Source: an uncultured Bacteroidales bacterium (GTDB lineage Bacteria > Bacteroidota > Bacteroidia > Bacteroidales > FEN-979). From it: a stretch of 64,000 nt of DNA. The stretch covers positions 93,002 to 157,001 of the forward strand of contig CAWDBP010000002.1 in NCBI GenBank assembly GCA_963800585.1, in the 5' to 3' direction. Both the position numbers and the translations under genes were made by a program. How positions within the stretch are numbered: the stretch's first letter is position 1; every line of letters begins with the position of its first letter. Of this stretch, positions 9,880 to 18,681 are shown in pieces. The notes under the pieces are model-generated. The model was not told the origin of the DNA, ran no database searches, and was given only the letters and a program-made list of their open reading frames with translations.

Positions 9880-11874
9880 ATGAAAAAAAAATTTGCACTT
9901 TTTCTTGTACTATCGATCATGATTGGAATCGGGGCTCCTCTAAAGGCCCAGGTGAAGGATAATGATGTACTTCTGACCATCGGGGGCAAGCCGATTACGG
10001 TAGGTGAATTTATGGCTGTATACCAGAAGAATGATATGAAGAAAGGCGAACCGATCGATACAAAAAAAATGGAAGACTACCTTACCCTTTATATAAATTT
10101 TAAATTAAAAGTACGGGAAGCCGAGGAGCTTGGATTTGACACTGTGACCTCTTTTGTGACTGAACTTAAAGGATATCGTGACCAGCTTGCTAAACCTTAT
10201 TTTACCGACCAGGCAACTATCGACCGACTGATTAAGGAAGCATATGATCGTGAACAATTTGATTTGCGTGCACGACATATTTTCGTAAAACTGGCGCCGG
10301 ATGCATTGCCAAAGGATACCATGGAAGCCTGGCAGAAGATCTCGAAGATCAGGGAACGGCTGATGAATGGAGAATCTTTTGAACAAGTTGCAGCAGAACA
10401 ATCGGAAGATCCTTCAGCCAGGGATCGTGAAGCCAACCAACAACACCCATTTTTGCATGGGAACCGTGGTGACCTAGGCTATTTTACTGTTTTCGACTTT
10501 GTCTATTCGTTCGAGAGCGGAGCCTATAATACAGACCCTGGAAAAATTTCTCCCATTATCCGTACCGAATATGGTTATCACCTGATCAAAGTCACCAGCA
10601 AACGTGAAGCACTTGGGAAAGTGACAGCAGCACACATCTTCATGTCGATTCCAAAATATGCCACGCATGTCGATTCTTTAAGGATAGCCCAAAAAATTGA
10701 CTCCGTTTACCACAGACTGAAAGATGGCGCTAAGTGGGAAGAAATGGTCAGATTGTATTCAGATGACAAGGGCAGCGCTCCAAAAGGCGGCTTGTTGCCT
10801 AAATTCGGGGTTAACAGGATGGTCCCTGAATTTATTGATGCCGTTTACACTCTTGCAAAAGAAGGCGATTTCTCAACACCTGTCCAGACACCCTATGGCT
10901 GGCATATTATCCGGCTCATTGAAAGAAAAAAACCAGGGACATTTGATGAAGAAAAAGCAGACTTAAAACAGAAAGTGCAGAAAGATGGCCGGTCAGACCT
11001 GGCAAAACAAGCTGTGTTAGCAATGATCCGGAAAGAGGGCAACTTTGCGGAAATGCCAAATACGATAAAAGATTTTTATAAAGTAGTCACTGATAGCATA
11101 TTCGCCGGAAAATGGGATGTCAACCTTGCACAGAATCTTTCCAAACCAATGTTCCAGATTGGAAACCAGCATTACACCCAAAAAGATTTTGCCAATTACC
11201 TGGCTAAGAATCAACATAAAACGGAGAAACAGAAAATCATAAGTTTTGTGGATAAGATGTACAAAGACTTTGTTAACGAAAACCTTATAAAATATGAAGA
11301 CTCCCGTCTGGAGTCTAAATATCCAGATTTTAAAAACCTTATGAATGAATACCGGGATGGTATTCTCCTTTTCGACCTTACTGATCAAAAAGTATGGTCG
11401 AGAGCCACAAAAGATACTACCGGTCTTAAGACTTTCTATGAGAGCAATAAAAACAATTACATGTGGGATGAACGACTGGATGCCACAATTTATACCATCA
11501 GGAACCCAAAACTGACTCAGAAAGTGAGAAACTTTCTTCAATCAGGACTAGCGGATGATGCGCTCCTCAAAGAAATTAATGTTGATACAGCCAAGAATCT
11601 GAAGATCGAATCGGGGAAATATTCCAGAAAAGAAAACAAATATATTGACGCTGTAACCTGGACTCCCGGTTTATCAAACGATATTCCTGCCGATCCTGGT
11701 TTGGTAATAGTAAATGTAAGAAAGGTTCTTCCGGTTGAAGCCAAGACGTTGAATGAAGCCCGCGGTTTGATAACCAATGATTACCAAAACTACCTTGAAA
11801 AGATATGGGTAGAATACCTGCATAAGAAATATACGGTAACGGTCAATAAGGATATCCTTTCACGTATCAAATAA
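9880..11874 (+). CDS. Parvulin-type peptidylprolyl isomerase (PpiC/SurA-like, large periplasmic chaperone)
   Basis: Signal peptide MKKKFALFLVLSIMIGIGAPLKAQ plus two rotamase-like segments (ARHIFVKL...GDLGYFT...GYHLIKV and AAHIFMSI...GWHIIRLIE). Confidence 0.8.
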   Translation: MKKKFALFLVLSIMIGIGAPLKAQVKDNDVLLTIGGKPITVGEFMAVYQKNDMKKGEPIDTKKMEDYLTLYINFKLKVREAEELGFDTVTSFVTELKGYRDQLAKPYFTDQATIDRLIKEAYDREQFDLRARHIFVKLAPDALPKDTMEAWQKISKIRERLMNGESFEQVAAEQSEDPSARDREANQQHPFLHGNRGDLGYFTVFDFVYSFESGAYNTDPGKISPIIRTEYGYHLIKVTSKREALGKVTAAHIFMSIPKYATHVDSLRIAQKIDSVYHRLKDGAKWEEMVRLYSDDKGSAPKGGLLPKFGVNRMVPEFIDAVYTLAKEGDFSTPVQTPYGWHIIRLIERKKPGTFDEEKADLKQKVQKDGRSDLAKQAVLAMIRKEGNFAEMPNTIKDFYKVVTDSIFAGKWDVNLAQNLSKPMFQIGNQHYTQKDFANYLAKNQHKTEKQKIISFVDKMYKDFVNENLIKYEDSRLESKYPDFKNLMNEYRDGILLFDLTDQKVWSRATKDTTGLKTFYESNKNNYMWDERLDATIYTIRNPKLTQKVRNFLQSGLADDALLKEINVDTAKNLKIESGKYSRKENKYIDAVTWTPGLSNDIPADPGLVIVNVRKVLPVEAKTLNEARGLITNDYQNYLEKIWVEYLHKKYTVTVNKDILSRIK

Positions 11875-11880
11875 CCCTTT

Positions 11881-12720
11881 GTGAAGAAATTCATTATTGT
11901 TCTGCTGATCCTGATTACGGGATGTTCTTCGTTTTTCAAAAAAAAAACGGAGCATGCTATAGCCAGGGTTTATAGTGATTATCTGTATGAATCTGAACTT
12001 AAAAGCGTCATTCCAAAGGGCACGCAGGCAAAGGACAGTATAGGGGTCGCAAGAAGTTATATAGATGCATGGATCCATCAGCGTTTAGTCATTCACCAGG
12101 CAGAGAAGAACCTTACCAATGACCAGATGGATTTTACCCAGCAGCTCGACAATTACAAAAATTCCCTCATCATTTATACCTATGAGAATGAGCTTGTTAA
12201 ACAAAAGCTTGATACGCTGGTCACAGATGAGGATATTGAGAATTATTACGGCACGAACCAGCAGAACTTTCTTCTGAAAGATAATATTGTGCAGCTTCAA
12301 TATGTTAAGCTTCCCCTGAAATCAGCCTATGTAAAGCAATTCAGGAAACTGCTCGGATCTGACAATGCCACCGATAAAACCCGTCTTTCGCAAGAATGCG
12401 AGCATTATGCCTCCGATTATTTCCTGGATGATCAGAACTGGTTGCCGTTTAATGATCTTCTGAAACAGATTCCCATAAAAACATACAACCAGGAAGAATT
12501 CCTGAAAAATCACCGGGAACTTGAATACCAGGATTCTGCATTCATATACCTTGTAAGATTTAAGGATTTTAAAATAAAAGAAAGCATTTCCCCGTTGAGT
12601 TTTGAGAAAGAACACATCCGGAACATCATCCTGAACAAGCGGAAGATCGACCTCATAAAAAAGATGCGTGAAGATATATTTGAACAGGCACAAAAGAAAA
12701 ATGATTTTGAAATATATTAA
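11881..12720 (+). CDS. Hypothetical lipoprotein (SurA N-terminal-like chaperone domain?)
   Basis: GTG start. Lipobox-like LLILITGCSS. It sits between two PPIase genes. The family assignment is uncertain. Confidence 0.45.
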   Translation: MKKFIIVLLILITGCSSFFKKKTEHAIARVYSDYLYESELKSVIPKGTQAKDSIGVARSYIDAWIHQRLVIHQAEKNLTNDQMDFTQQLDNYKNSLIIYTYENELVKQKLDTLVTDEDIENYYGTNQQNFLLKDNIVQLQYVKLPLKSAYVKQFRKLLGSDNATDKTRLSQECEHYASDYFLDDQNWLPFNDLLKQIPIKTYNQEEFLKNHRELEYQDSAFIYLVRFKDFKIKESISPLSFEKEHIRNIILNKRKIDLIKKMREDIFEQAQKKNDFEIY

Positions 12721-12721
12721 A

Positions 12722-14083
12722 ATGAAAATTTTCCTGAGAACGATCGTATTTTGTCTTCTGACTACTGTATTAACGATACCAGCAAAATCGCAGGAAACCA
12801 AAGACTCAATTGTCGATGGGGTTGTAGCAGTAGTTGGTGCTAATGAGATTCTGCGGTCAGACATTGAAAACCAGTACATGCAATTCCGTTCTCAGGGAAA
12901 TATACAGGGGAGTGCAGAGAAGGTGAAGTGCCAAATCCTGGAAGGCTTGCTTTTCCAGAAGCTTCTGTACCATCAGTCACAGATTGACAGTGTAAAGGTC
13001 ACTGATGCACAGGTGAATGAACAAATGGACCACAGGATGCGGATGTTCATTAGCCAGATAGGTTCACCGGAGAAATTGGAAGAGTATTATCAGAAATCAA
13101 TCTCAGAGATCAAAGAAGAGATGCGTGATATTATCAAGGAACAAATGATGGTACAGGAATCCCAGGAAAAGATCACCAAGGATGTGAAAATAACCCCATC
13201 AGAGGTCAAGGCATTTCTTAAAAAACTACCGAAAGACAGTATCCCGGAAATCTCATCTGAGATTGAAGTTGGCATGATCATGAAATCCCCAACGATTGGA
13301 GAAGCGGAAAAGCAAGCTTGTATCGACCGGTTAAAAAGTTTTAAGGATAGGATCAAAAAGGGTGATGATTTTTCAACACTCGCTGTTTTATATTCTGAAG
13401 ATCCCGGTTCAGCAAAGAAAGGCGGAGAACTGGGCATGTTCAAAAGGGGCGATATGCATCTTGAGTTTGAGGCTGCTGCCTTTAAATTAAAACCCGGAGA
13501 GATTTCTGATATCGTGGAAACTGAAGACGGATTTCATTTAATCCAGATGATCGAGCGGAAAGGAGAATACATCAATGTACGCCATATCCTTCTGCAGCCA
13601 AAGGTTTCAATGGCCAGTATGATCCGTTCAAAAAACATACTCGACAGTGTTGCCACACTTATTGAACAAAAAAAGTTAACCTTTGCTGAGGCCGTGATCC
13701 GTTTCTCAGATGACCCTTCACGAAATAACGGAGGATTGATGGTCAATTCTGTGACAGGAACAAGTAAATTTCAAGCCAATGAGGTTGATCCCAAGATCTT
13801 TTTTGTGATCGATAAGCTGAAAGTTGGCGACATCTCTTCACCGGTACTTTATAAGACCGACAGGGGTAAGGAAGAGTACCGGATATATTATCTGAAAACC
13901 AGGACCACTCCTCATAAAGCCAACATTCAGGATGATTACGCCAAAATTCATGAGATGGCACTGGATCAAAAAAAGATGGATGTGATGAATAACTGGATAA
14001 AGGAACGAATTGGGAAAACATATATCAGCATCGACGAGGAATACCAGAGATGCCCATTTCAAAGGAACTGGACAAAAAAATAA
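12722..14083 (+). CDS. Peptidylprolyl isomerase, SurA-like
   Basis: ORF 12668..14083. ATG 12722 gives the signal MKIFLRTIVFCLLTTVLTIPAKSQ. The parvulin domain shows FSTLAVLYSEDPGSAKKGGELGMF...GFHLIQMIERKGEYINVRHILL. Confidence 0.8.
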   Translation: MKIFLRTIVFCLLTTVLTIPAKSQETKDSIVDGVVAVVGANEILRSDIENQYMQFRSQGNIQGSAEKVKCQILEGLLFQKLLYHQSQIDSVKVTDAQVNEQMDHRMRMFISQIGSPEKLEEYYQKSISEIKEEMRDIIKEQMMVQESQEKITKDVKITPSEVKAFLKKLPKDSIPEISSEIEVGMIMKSPTIGEAEKQACIDRLKSFKDRIKKGDDFSTLAVLYSEDPGSAKKGGELGMFKRGDMHLEFEAAAFKLKPGEISDIVETEDGFHLIQMIERKGEYINVRHILLQPKVSMASMIRSKNILDSVATLIEQKKLTFAEAVIRFSDDPSRNNGGLMVNSVTGTSKFQANEVDPKIFFVIDKLKVGDISSPVLYKTDRGKEEYRIYYLKTRTTPHKANIQDDYAKIHEMALDQKKMDVMNNWIKERIGKTYISIDEEYQRCPFQRNWTKK

Positions 14084-15060
14084 TGATGGAAAATATGCAC
14101 TTTAAATCGGATGTAGAAGCCGTTGACGCGCTTGTTCAAAAGTATTCTGTTTTACGTACTGAAATCGCAAGGGTAATTATCGGGCAGGAGGATGTCGTTA
14201 AGAACCTGCTAATATCGATTTTCTGCAAAGGTCATTGTCTGCTTGTAGGAGTACCCGGGCTGGCGAAGACGCTCATGGTGAATACTCTTTCGAAGGCCCT
14301 GGGTTTAAAATACAGCCGGATCCAGTTCACACCTGATCTGATGCCTTCCGACATCATTGGGAGTGAGATCCTGGATGAAAACCGGAAATTCAGATTTATC
14401 AAGGGACCTGTATTTGCGAATATCATCCTTGCCGACGAAATCAACCGTACACCCCCGAAAACACAATCTGCCCTTCTGGAAGCAATGCAGGAGAAAGCGG
14501 TGACTGTTGCCGGCATCTCGTACCAGCTTGAAGAACCCTTCTTTGTCCTTGCTACCCAGAATCCTATTGAACAGGAAGGCACCTATCCTTTGCCGGAAGC
14601 CCAGCTCGACAGGTTCATGTTCAATATCTGGCTGGATTATCCCTCCTTTGCAGAAGAAATTACTGTAGTCAAAAACACCACATCACGCCATGCTGAATCG
14701 ACAAATGTTGTGGTCAGTGCCGTGGAGATCCTTTTTTTCCAGGAGTTGATCATGAAAATTCCTGTCCCGGATAATGTATACAATTACGCGGTAAATCTCG
14801 TCGCTAAAACACGCCCGAATACAACCAGGGCAGACGAAAAAGCAAACCAGTTTCTCACGTGGGGGGCAGGTCCAAGAGCTTCACAGTACCTGATACTTGG
14901 TGCCAAGTGCCATGCAGCGATCAACGGAAAATATTCCCCCGATATAGAAGATATTAAGGCCGTTGCACATGCTGTTCTTCGACACAGGATCATCCGGAAT
15001 TATAAAGCTGAAGCAGAAGGAATAAGGGTTGAAGACATCATTGACCACCTGATAAAATAA
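14083..15060 (+). CDS. MoxR-family AAA+ ATPase
   Basis: HCLLVGVPGLAKT (Walker A), ILADEINRTPPKTQSALLEAMQE (Walker B/sensor), ATQNPIEQEGTYPLPEAQLDRF. The ATG at 14083 overlaps the upstream stop (TAATG). The ORF track alternative is 14050. Confidence 0.85.
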   Translation: MMENMHFKSDVEAVDALVQKYSVLRTEIARVIIGQEDVVKNLLISIFCKGHCLLVGVPGLAKTLMVNTLSKALGLKYSRIQFTPDLMPSDIIGSEILDENRKFRFIKGPVFANIILADEINRTPPKTQSALLEAMQEKAVTVAGISYQLEEPFFVLATQNPIEQEGTYPLPEAQLDRFMFNIWLDYPSFAEEITVVKNTTSRHAESTNVVVSAVEILFFQELIMKIPVPDNVYNYAVNLVAKTRPNTTRADEKANQFLTWGAGPRASQYLILGAKCHAAINGKYSPDIEDIKAVAHAVLRHRIIRNYKAEAEGIRVEDIIDHLIK

Positions 15061-15124
15061 ATGATTAAGCTCAGTTCAAGAATGCCTTCTCACTATTAAA
15101 CCACAAAAAATAATTTATCAAAGA

Positions 15125-16108
15125 ATGAAAAACCGAACATTATTTCTGACCGTTCTTGTTTTTAGTCTTTATTCCATATGTTTATTAATTCCTGCCTGTA
15201 ATTCCACTGAGGCACCTTCAGATAAAAGTTCGGATCCTCTTAAAGGGAAGATAACTATTTCGGGGGCTTTTGCACTTTATCCACTGACAGTAAAATGGGG
15301 ACAGGAATTTCAGAAGATCCATCCGAAGGTAACCATTAACATCTCGGCAGGTGGCGCAGGGAAAGGTATGGCTGATGCTTTGTCGAAAATGGCCGACCTG
15401 GGAATGTATTCAAAAGAAGTAAGTCCTGAAGAGAGAGCCAAAGGCGCCTGGTATATAGCCGTTTCCAAAGATGCTGTGTTGCCGACAGTTAGCTCGGCAA
15501 ATCCAGTAATAAAGGATCTTAAGGCCCATGGACTCACGAAGCAAAAATTTTTCGATATTTTTATCTCGGGAAAAATAAGGACCTGGGGCGAGGCCACGGG
15601 AACCGCTTCAAATATCAAGCTTGAATCCTTCACCCGTTCCGATGCCTGTGGTGCAGCAGAGATGTGGGCAAAATATTTACAAGGTAAGAAACAGGAAGAC
15701 CTCCAGGGGCTTGGCGTTAATGGAGATCCTGGGATAGCTGAAGCCATCCGTAAAAATGCAAGCGGCATCGGGTACAATAACCTTAATTTTGTTTATGATA
15801 TGACAACACGTAAACCCTATGAAGGTATTGATGTTGTACCTATTGACCTGAACGGTAACGGGAAGATCGATCCGGAAGAAAATTTTTATGGGAGCCTTGA
15901 CCAGGTGATGGATGCCATCAGGAGTGGCATATATCCATCCCCCCCAGCCCGTGATCTTTACTTTGTTTCAGCAGGAAAACCAGGCAATAAGGTAGTCCTT
16001 GCATTTCTGAACTGGGTACTTACAGATGGGCAAAAATACCTTGCTGAAGCCGGATATGTTGCGGTTTCACCGGATAAACTGAAAGCCGACCTCGAAAAGC
16101 TCAAATGA
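15125..16108 (+). CDS. pstS: Phosphate ABC transporter substrate-binding protein (PstS family)
   Basis: Lipoprotein-type signal (LLIPACNS), a periplasmic-binding-protein fold pattern, and position directly upstream of pstC/pstA/pstB. Confidence 0.8.
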   Translation: MKNRTLFLTVLVFSLYSICLLIPACNSTEAPSDKSSDPLKGKITISGAFALYPLTVKWGQEFQKIHPKVTINISAGGAGKGMADALSKMADLGMYSKEVSPEERAKGAWYIAVSKDAVLPTVSSANPVIKDLKAHGLTKQKFFDIFISGKIRTWGEATGTASNIKLESFTRSDACGAAEMWAKYLQGKKQEDLQGLGVNGDPGIAEAIRKNASGIGYNNLNFVYDMTTRKPYEGIDVVPIDLNGNGKIDPEENFYGSLDQVMDAIRSGIYPSPPARDLYFVSAGKPGNKVVLAFLNWVLTDGQKYLAEAGYVAVSPDKLKADLEKLK

Positions 16109-16141
16109 TCCGGGAAAGAAATTTTAACTTAGAAGAGAAGG

Positions 16142-17038
16142 ATGTATCTACTCAACCGAATTCAGCGCCATCGGGTTAATTACACCTGGATGATTGTAAG
16201 TGTGCTGCTGGTTGCTTCTTTGCCTTTTCTCTTATTTCTCGGACTTTATCTGAAATCATTCCTGCTCATTCATGATTACCACCTTGGGGACCTATTGTTC
16301 TCAAAAGTCTGGAAACCGGGAAGTGGCAAATTCGGGTTTTATCCATTTATTGTTGGTTCTATCTGGGTTACATTGCTGGCTATGTTAATTACCGCTCCCA
16401 TCAGCCTGCTTACTGCCATCTATGTAACACAATATACCAGAAAGCGGTTTCTTCGCATCATGCATCCCGCAATAGACATACTGGCTGGAATTCCTTCGGT
16501 GGTGTATGGAGTATGGGGCATTCTCGTGATCGTTCCTTTTATTTCCCATTTCGTAGGGCCTCTGTTTGGAGTTCAAACCCTGGGTTACAGCATCCTGGCC
16601 GCGGCATTGGTACTGTCGGTCATGATCATTCCATTCATCCTGAATATCCTGATCGAGGTTTTTCGCACCATCCCGGTAGAGCTCAAAGAGGCATCATTAT
16701 CACTGGGTGCAACACAATGGCAAACGGTAAAAAGCGTATTGATAAAGAAGGCGCTTCCGGGTATCATTGCAGCTTTTGGATTTGGGCTGGCACGTGCATT
16801 CGGGGAAACAATGGCGGTGTTAATGGTGGTTGGTAACGTAGTAAAACTGCCTAAAAGCGTATTTGATCCCGGCTATACATTGCCAGCCCTGATAGCCAAC
16901 AATTATGGAGAAATGCTTTCTATCCCGAAATACGAATCGGCGCTGATGTTCGCTGCCCTGGTTTTGCTCGCAGTATCGTTATTCTTTAACCTGGTGATGC
17001 ATTTTTTTATTGACCGTTACAATAAATTCTCAGCATGA
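16142..17038 (+). CDS. pstC: Phosphate ABC transporter permease PstC
   Basis: 298-aa six-TM permease with an EAA-type loop (ELKEASLSLGATQWQTVKSVLIKKALPGI). Confidence 0.85.
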   Translation: MYLLNRIQRHRVNYTWMIVSVLLVASLPFLLFLGLYLKSFLLIHDYHLGDLLFSKVWKPGSGKFGFYPFIVGSIWVTLLAMLITAPISLLTAIYVTQYTRKRFLRIMHPAIDILAGIPSVVYGVWGILVIVPFISHFVGPLFGVQTLGYSILAAALVLSVMIIPFILNILIEVFRTIPVELKEASLSLGATQWQTVKSVLIKKALPGIIAAFGFGLARAFGETMAVLMVVGNVVKLPKSVFDPGYTLPALIANNYGEMLSIPKYESALMFAALVLLAVSLFFNLVMHFFIDRYNKFSA

Positions 17039-17892
17039 GGTATTCAGGAAAGATAGAAGAGAAGGTTTTTAAGGTTCTGATGGTCATCGCCACCTATTCC
17101 ATCCTTGCTGTCCTTGCACTTATCATTTTCAGCATTTTCGCCAAGGGAATAAAAGCATATGTCATGGGAAATCCTGACCCAGGTACCTAAAGGTGGGTAC
17201 TATTATGGGAAAGGAGGAGGCATCCTGAATGCTATTCTCGGATCGCTTTCTCTCGCCTTTGGCGCTACTTTTCTTGCATTCTCATAGGTTTGCCCGTAGC
17301 GCTTTATATAAATGTTTTCCTGGTAAGACAAAAGAAACTGATCGCATTCATCCGCTTTATTTTAGATCTTGTCTGGGGTATTCCTTCGATCGTTTACGGA
17401 GCATTCGGATTTTCCATGATGATCCTGCTGGGCATCCAGACCTCACTGCTGGCAGGGATGCTTACGGTGACTTTATTCATTTTACCGATCATGATCCGAT
17501 CAATGGACGAGATCTTACGGACAGTGCCGATAGGGCTTTCGGAAGCTGCATACTCCATCGGGGTCTAACAAATCAGAATTGGCGTTCAAGATCTTTACAG
17601 GCAAACGGTGTCGGGCATCATCACCGCCATTCTGCTTTCTTTCGGTCGTGCTATCGGTGATGCTGCCTCTGTTTTATTTACAGCCGGATACACTGATAAC
17701 CTTCCTAATTCGTTGATGGAGCCTGTTGCAACTCTTCCACTATCGATCTTTTTCCAGCTGTCATCGCCTGTACCTGCTGTCCAGGACCGTGCTTATGCGT
17801 CCGCCCTTGTACTAACGATAATTATACTCCTGGTCAGTTTGTTTTCACGCGGACTTGGAAAGAGATACCATAAAACAAAAGTTAATTTTTAA
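17035..17892 (+). pseudogene. pstA: Phosphate ABC transporter permease PstA, disrupted by at least four frame changes
   Basis: The start shares ATGA with the pstC stop. Frame 1 reads MRYSGKIEEKVFKVLMVIATYSILAVLALIIFSIFAKGIKAYV and stops at 17188. Frame 2 continues SWEILTQVPKGGYYYGKGGGILNAILGSLSLAFGATFLAFS and stops at 17285. Frame 1 reads IGLPVALYINVF...RSMDEILRTVPIGLSEAAYSIGV and stops at 17566. Frame 2 reads [11 protein letters not shown]. Frame 1 reads [32 protein letters not shown] to 17892. Confidence 0.8.
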
Positions 17893-17905
17893 CCGGTGAG
17901 ACCTG

Positions 17906-18673
17906 ATGGATATGGAACCAAATAATAAAATACACATTGAGAATCTGAATGTTTTTGCCGGAAAACAGCAGATCCTGAACAACATCAACATTGAGATCCC
18001 GAAGAATAAGATCACTGTAATACTGGGTCCCTCGGGTTGCGGGAAAACAACCCTGCTCAAATGCATGAACCGTCTGACGGACCTTTATCCTGAGCTGAAA
18101 GTGACCGGGAAAGTGATCATCAACAATAAGAATGTACTCAATGCCGGTGAAGATATAGTGAAACTCAGGCAGTACATGGGACTTCTGTCACAACACCCCT
18201 ATCCCCTGCCTATGAACATATACAACAACATTGCTTTTGGATTGAAACTGAAAGATGTAAAGAAGAGAAGGGATCTACAAAAACAGGTAGTTCATTACCT
18301 TCAGCAGGCGAATCTCTGGGATGAGGTAAAGAATCGTTTGAGAGAACCTGCATCACGGCTTTCGATCGGGCAACAACAACGACTTTGCCTTGCCCGGGGA
18401 CTGGCCGTGAACCCGGAGATCATTCTTGCAGACGAACCAACTTCCGCCCTGGATCCAATTTCGAGCCAGTACATTGAAGAAAAATTCGTCGAATTAAAGA
18501 ACAATTATACTATCGTCCTGGTAACACACATACTCCGGCAGGCAAGGCGTATTGCCGACTATGTCGTGTTCATGTATCTCGGGGAAGTTATTGAGCAGGG
18601 AACGGTAGAAGAAGTCTTCGGGAACCCAAAAATGGAGAAGACGAAACAATATCTCGGCGGAACATTTAATTAG
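17906..18673 (+). CDS. pstB: Phosphate ABC transporter ATP-binding protein PstB
   Basis: Walker A GPSGCGKTT, signature LSIGQQQRL, Walker B ILADEPTSALD, H-loop VTHIL. Confidence 0.9.
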   Translation: MDMEPNNKIHIENLNVFAGKQQILNNINIEIPKNKITVILGPSGCGKTTLLKCMNRLTDLYPELKVTGKVIINNKNVLNAGEDIVKLRQYMGLLSQHPYPLPMNIYNNIAFGLKLKDVKKRRDLQKQVVHYLQQANLWDEVKNRLREPASRLSIGQQQRLCLARGLAVNPEIILADEPTSALDPISSQYIEEKFVELKNNYTIVLVTHILRQARRIADYVVFMYLGEVIEQGTVEEVFGNPKMEKTKQYLGGTFN

Positions 18674-18681
18674 AGACAGCC

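Noticed and set aside
14083-15060. MoxR ATPase as part of a Bat/vWA-type or other MoxR-dependent system.
   Set aside because: No DUF58, vWA or Bat-like partner follows it. The next genes are the pst operon. Only an orphan MoxR can be supported here.
17229-17660. A 143-aa ORF inside the pstA region.
   Set aside because: It is the third reading frame, which never matches PstA sequence. The PstA signal alternates between the other two frames.
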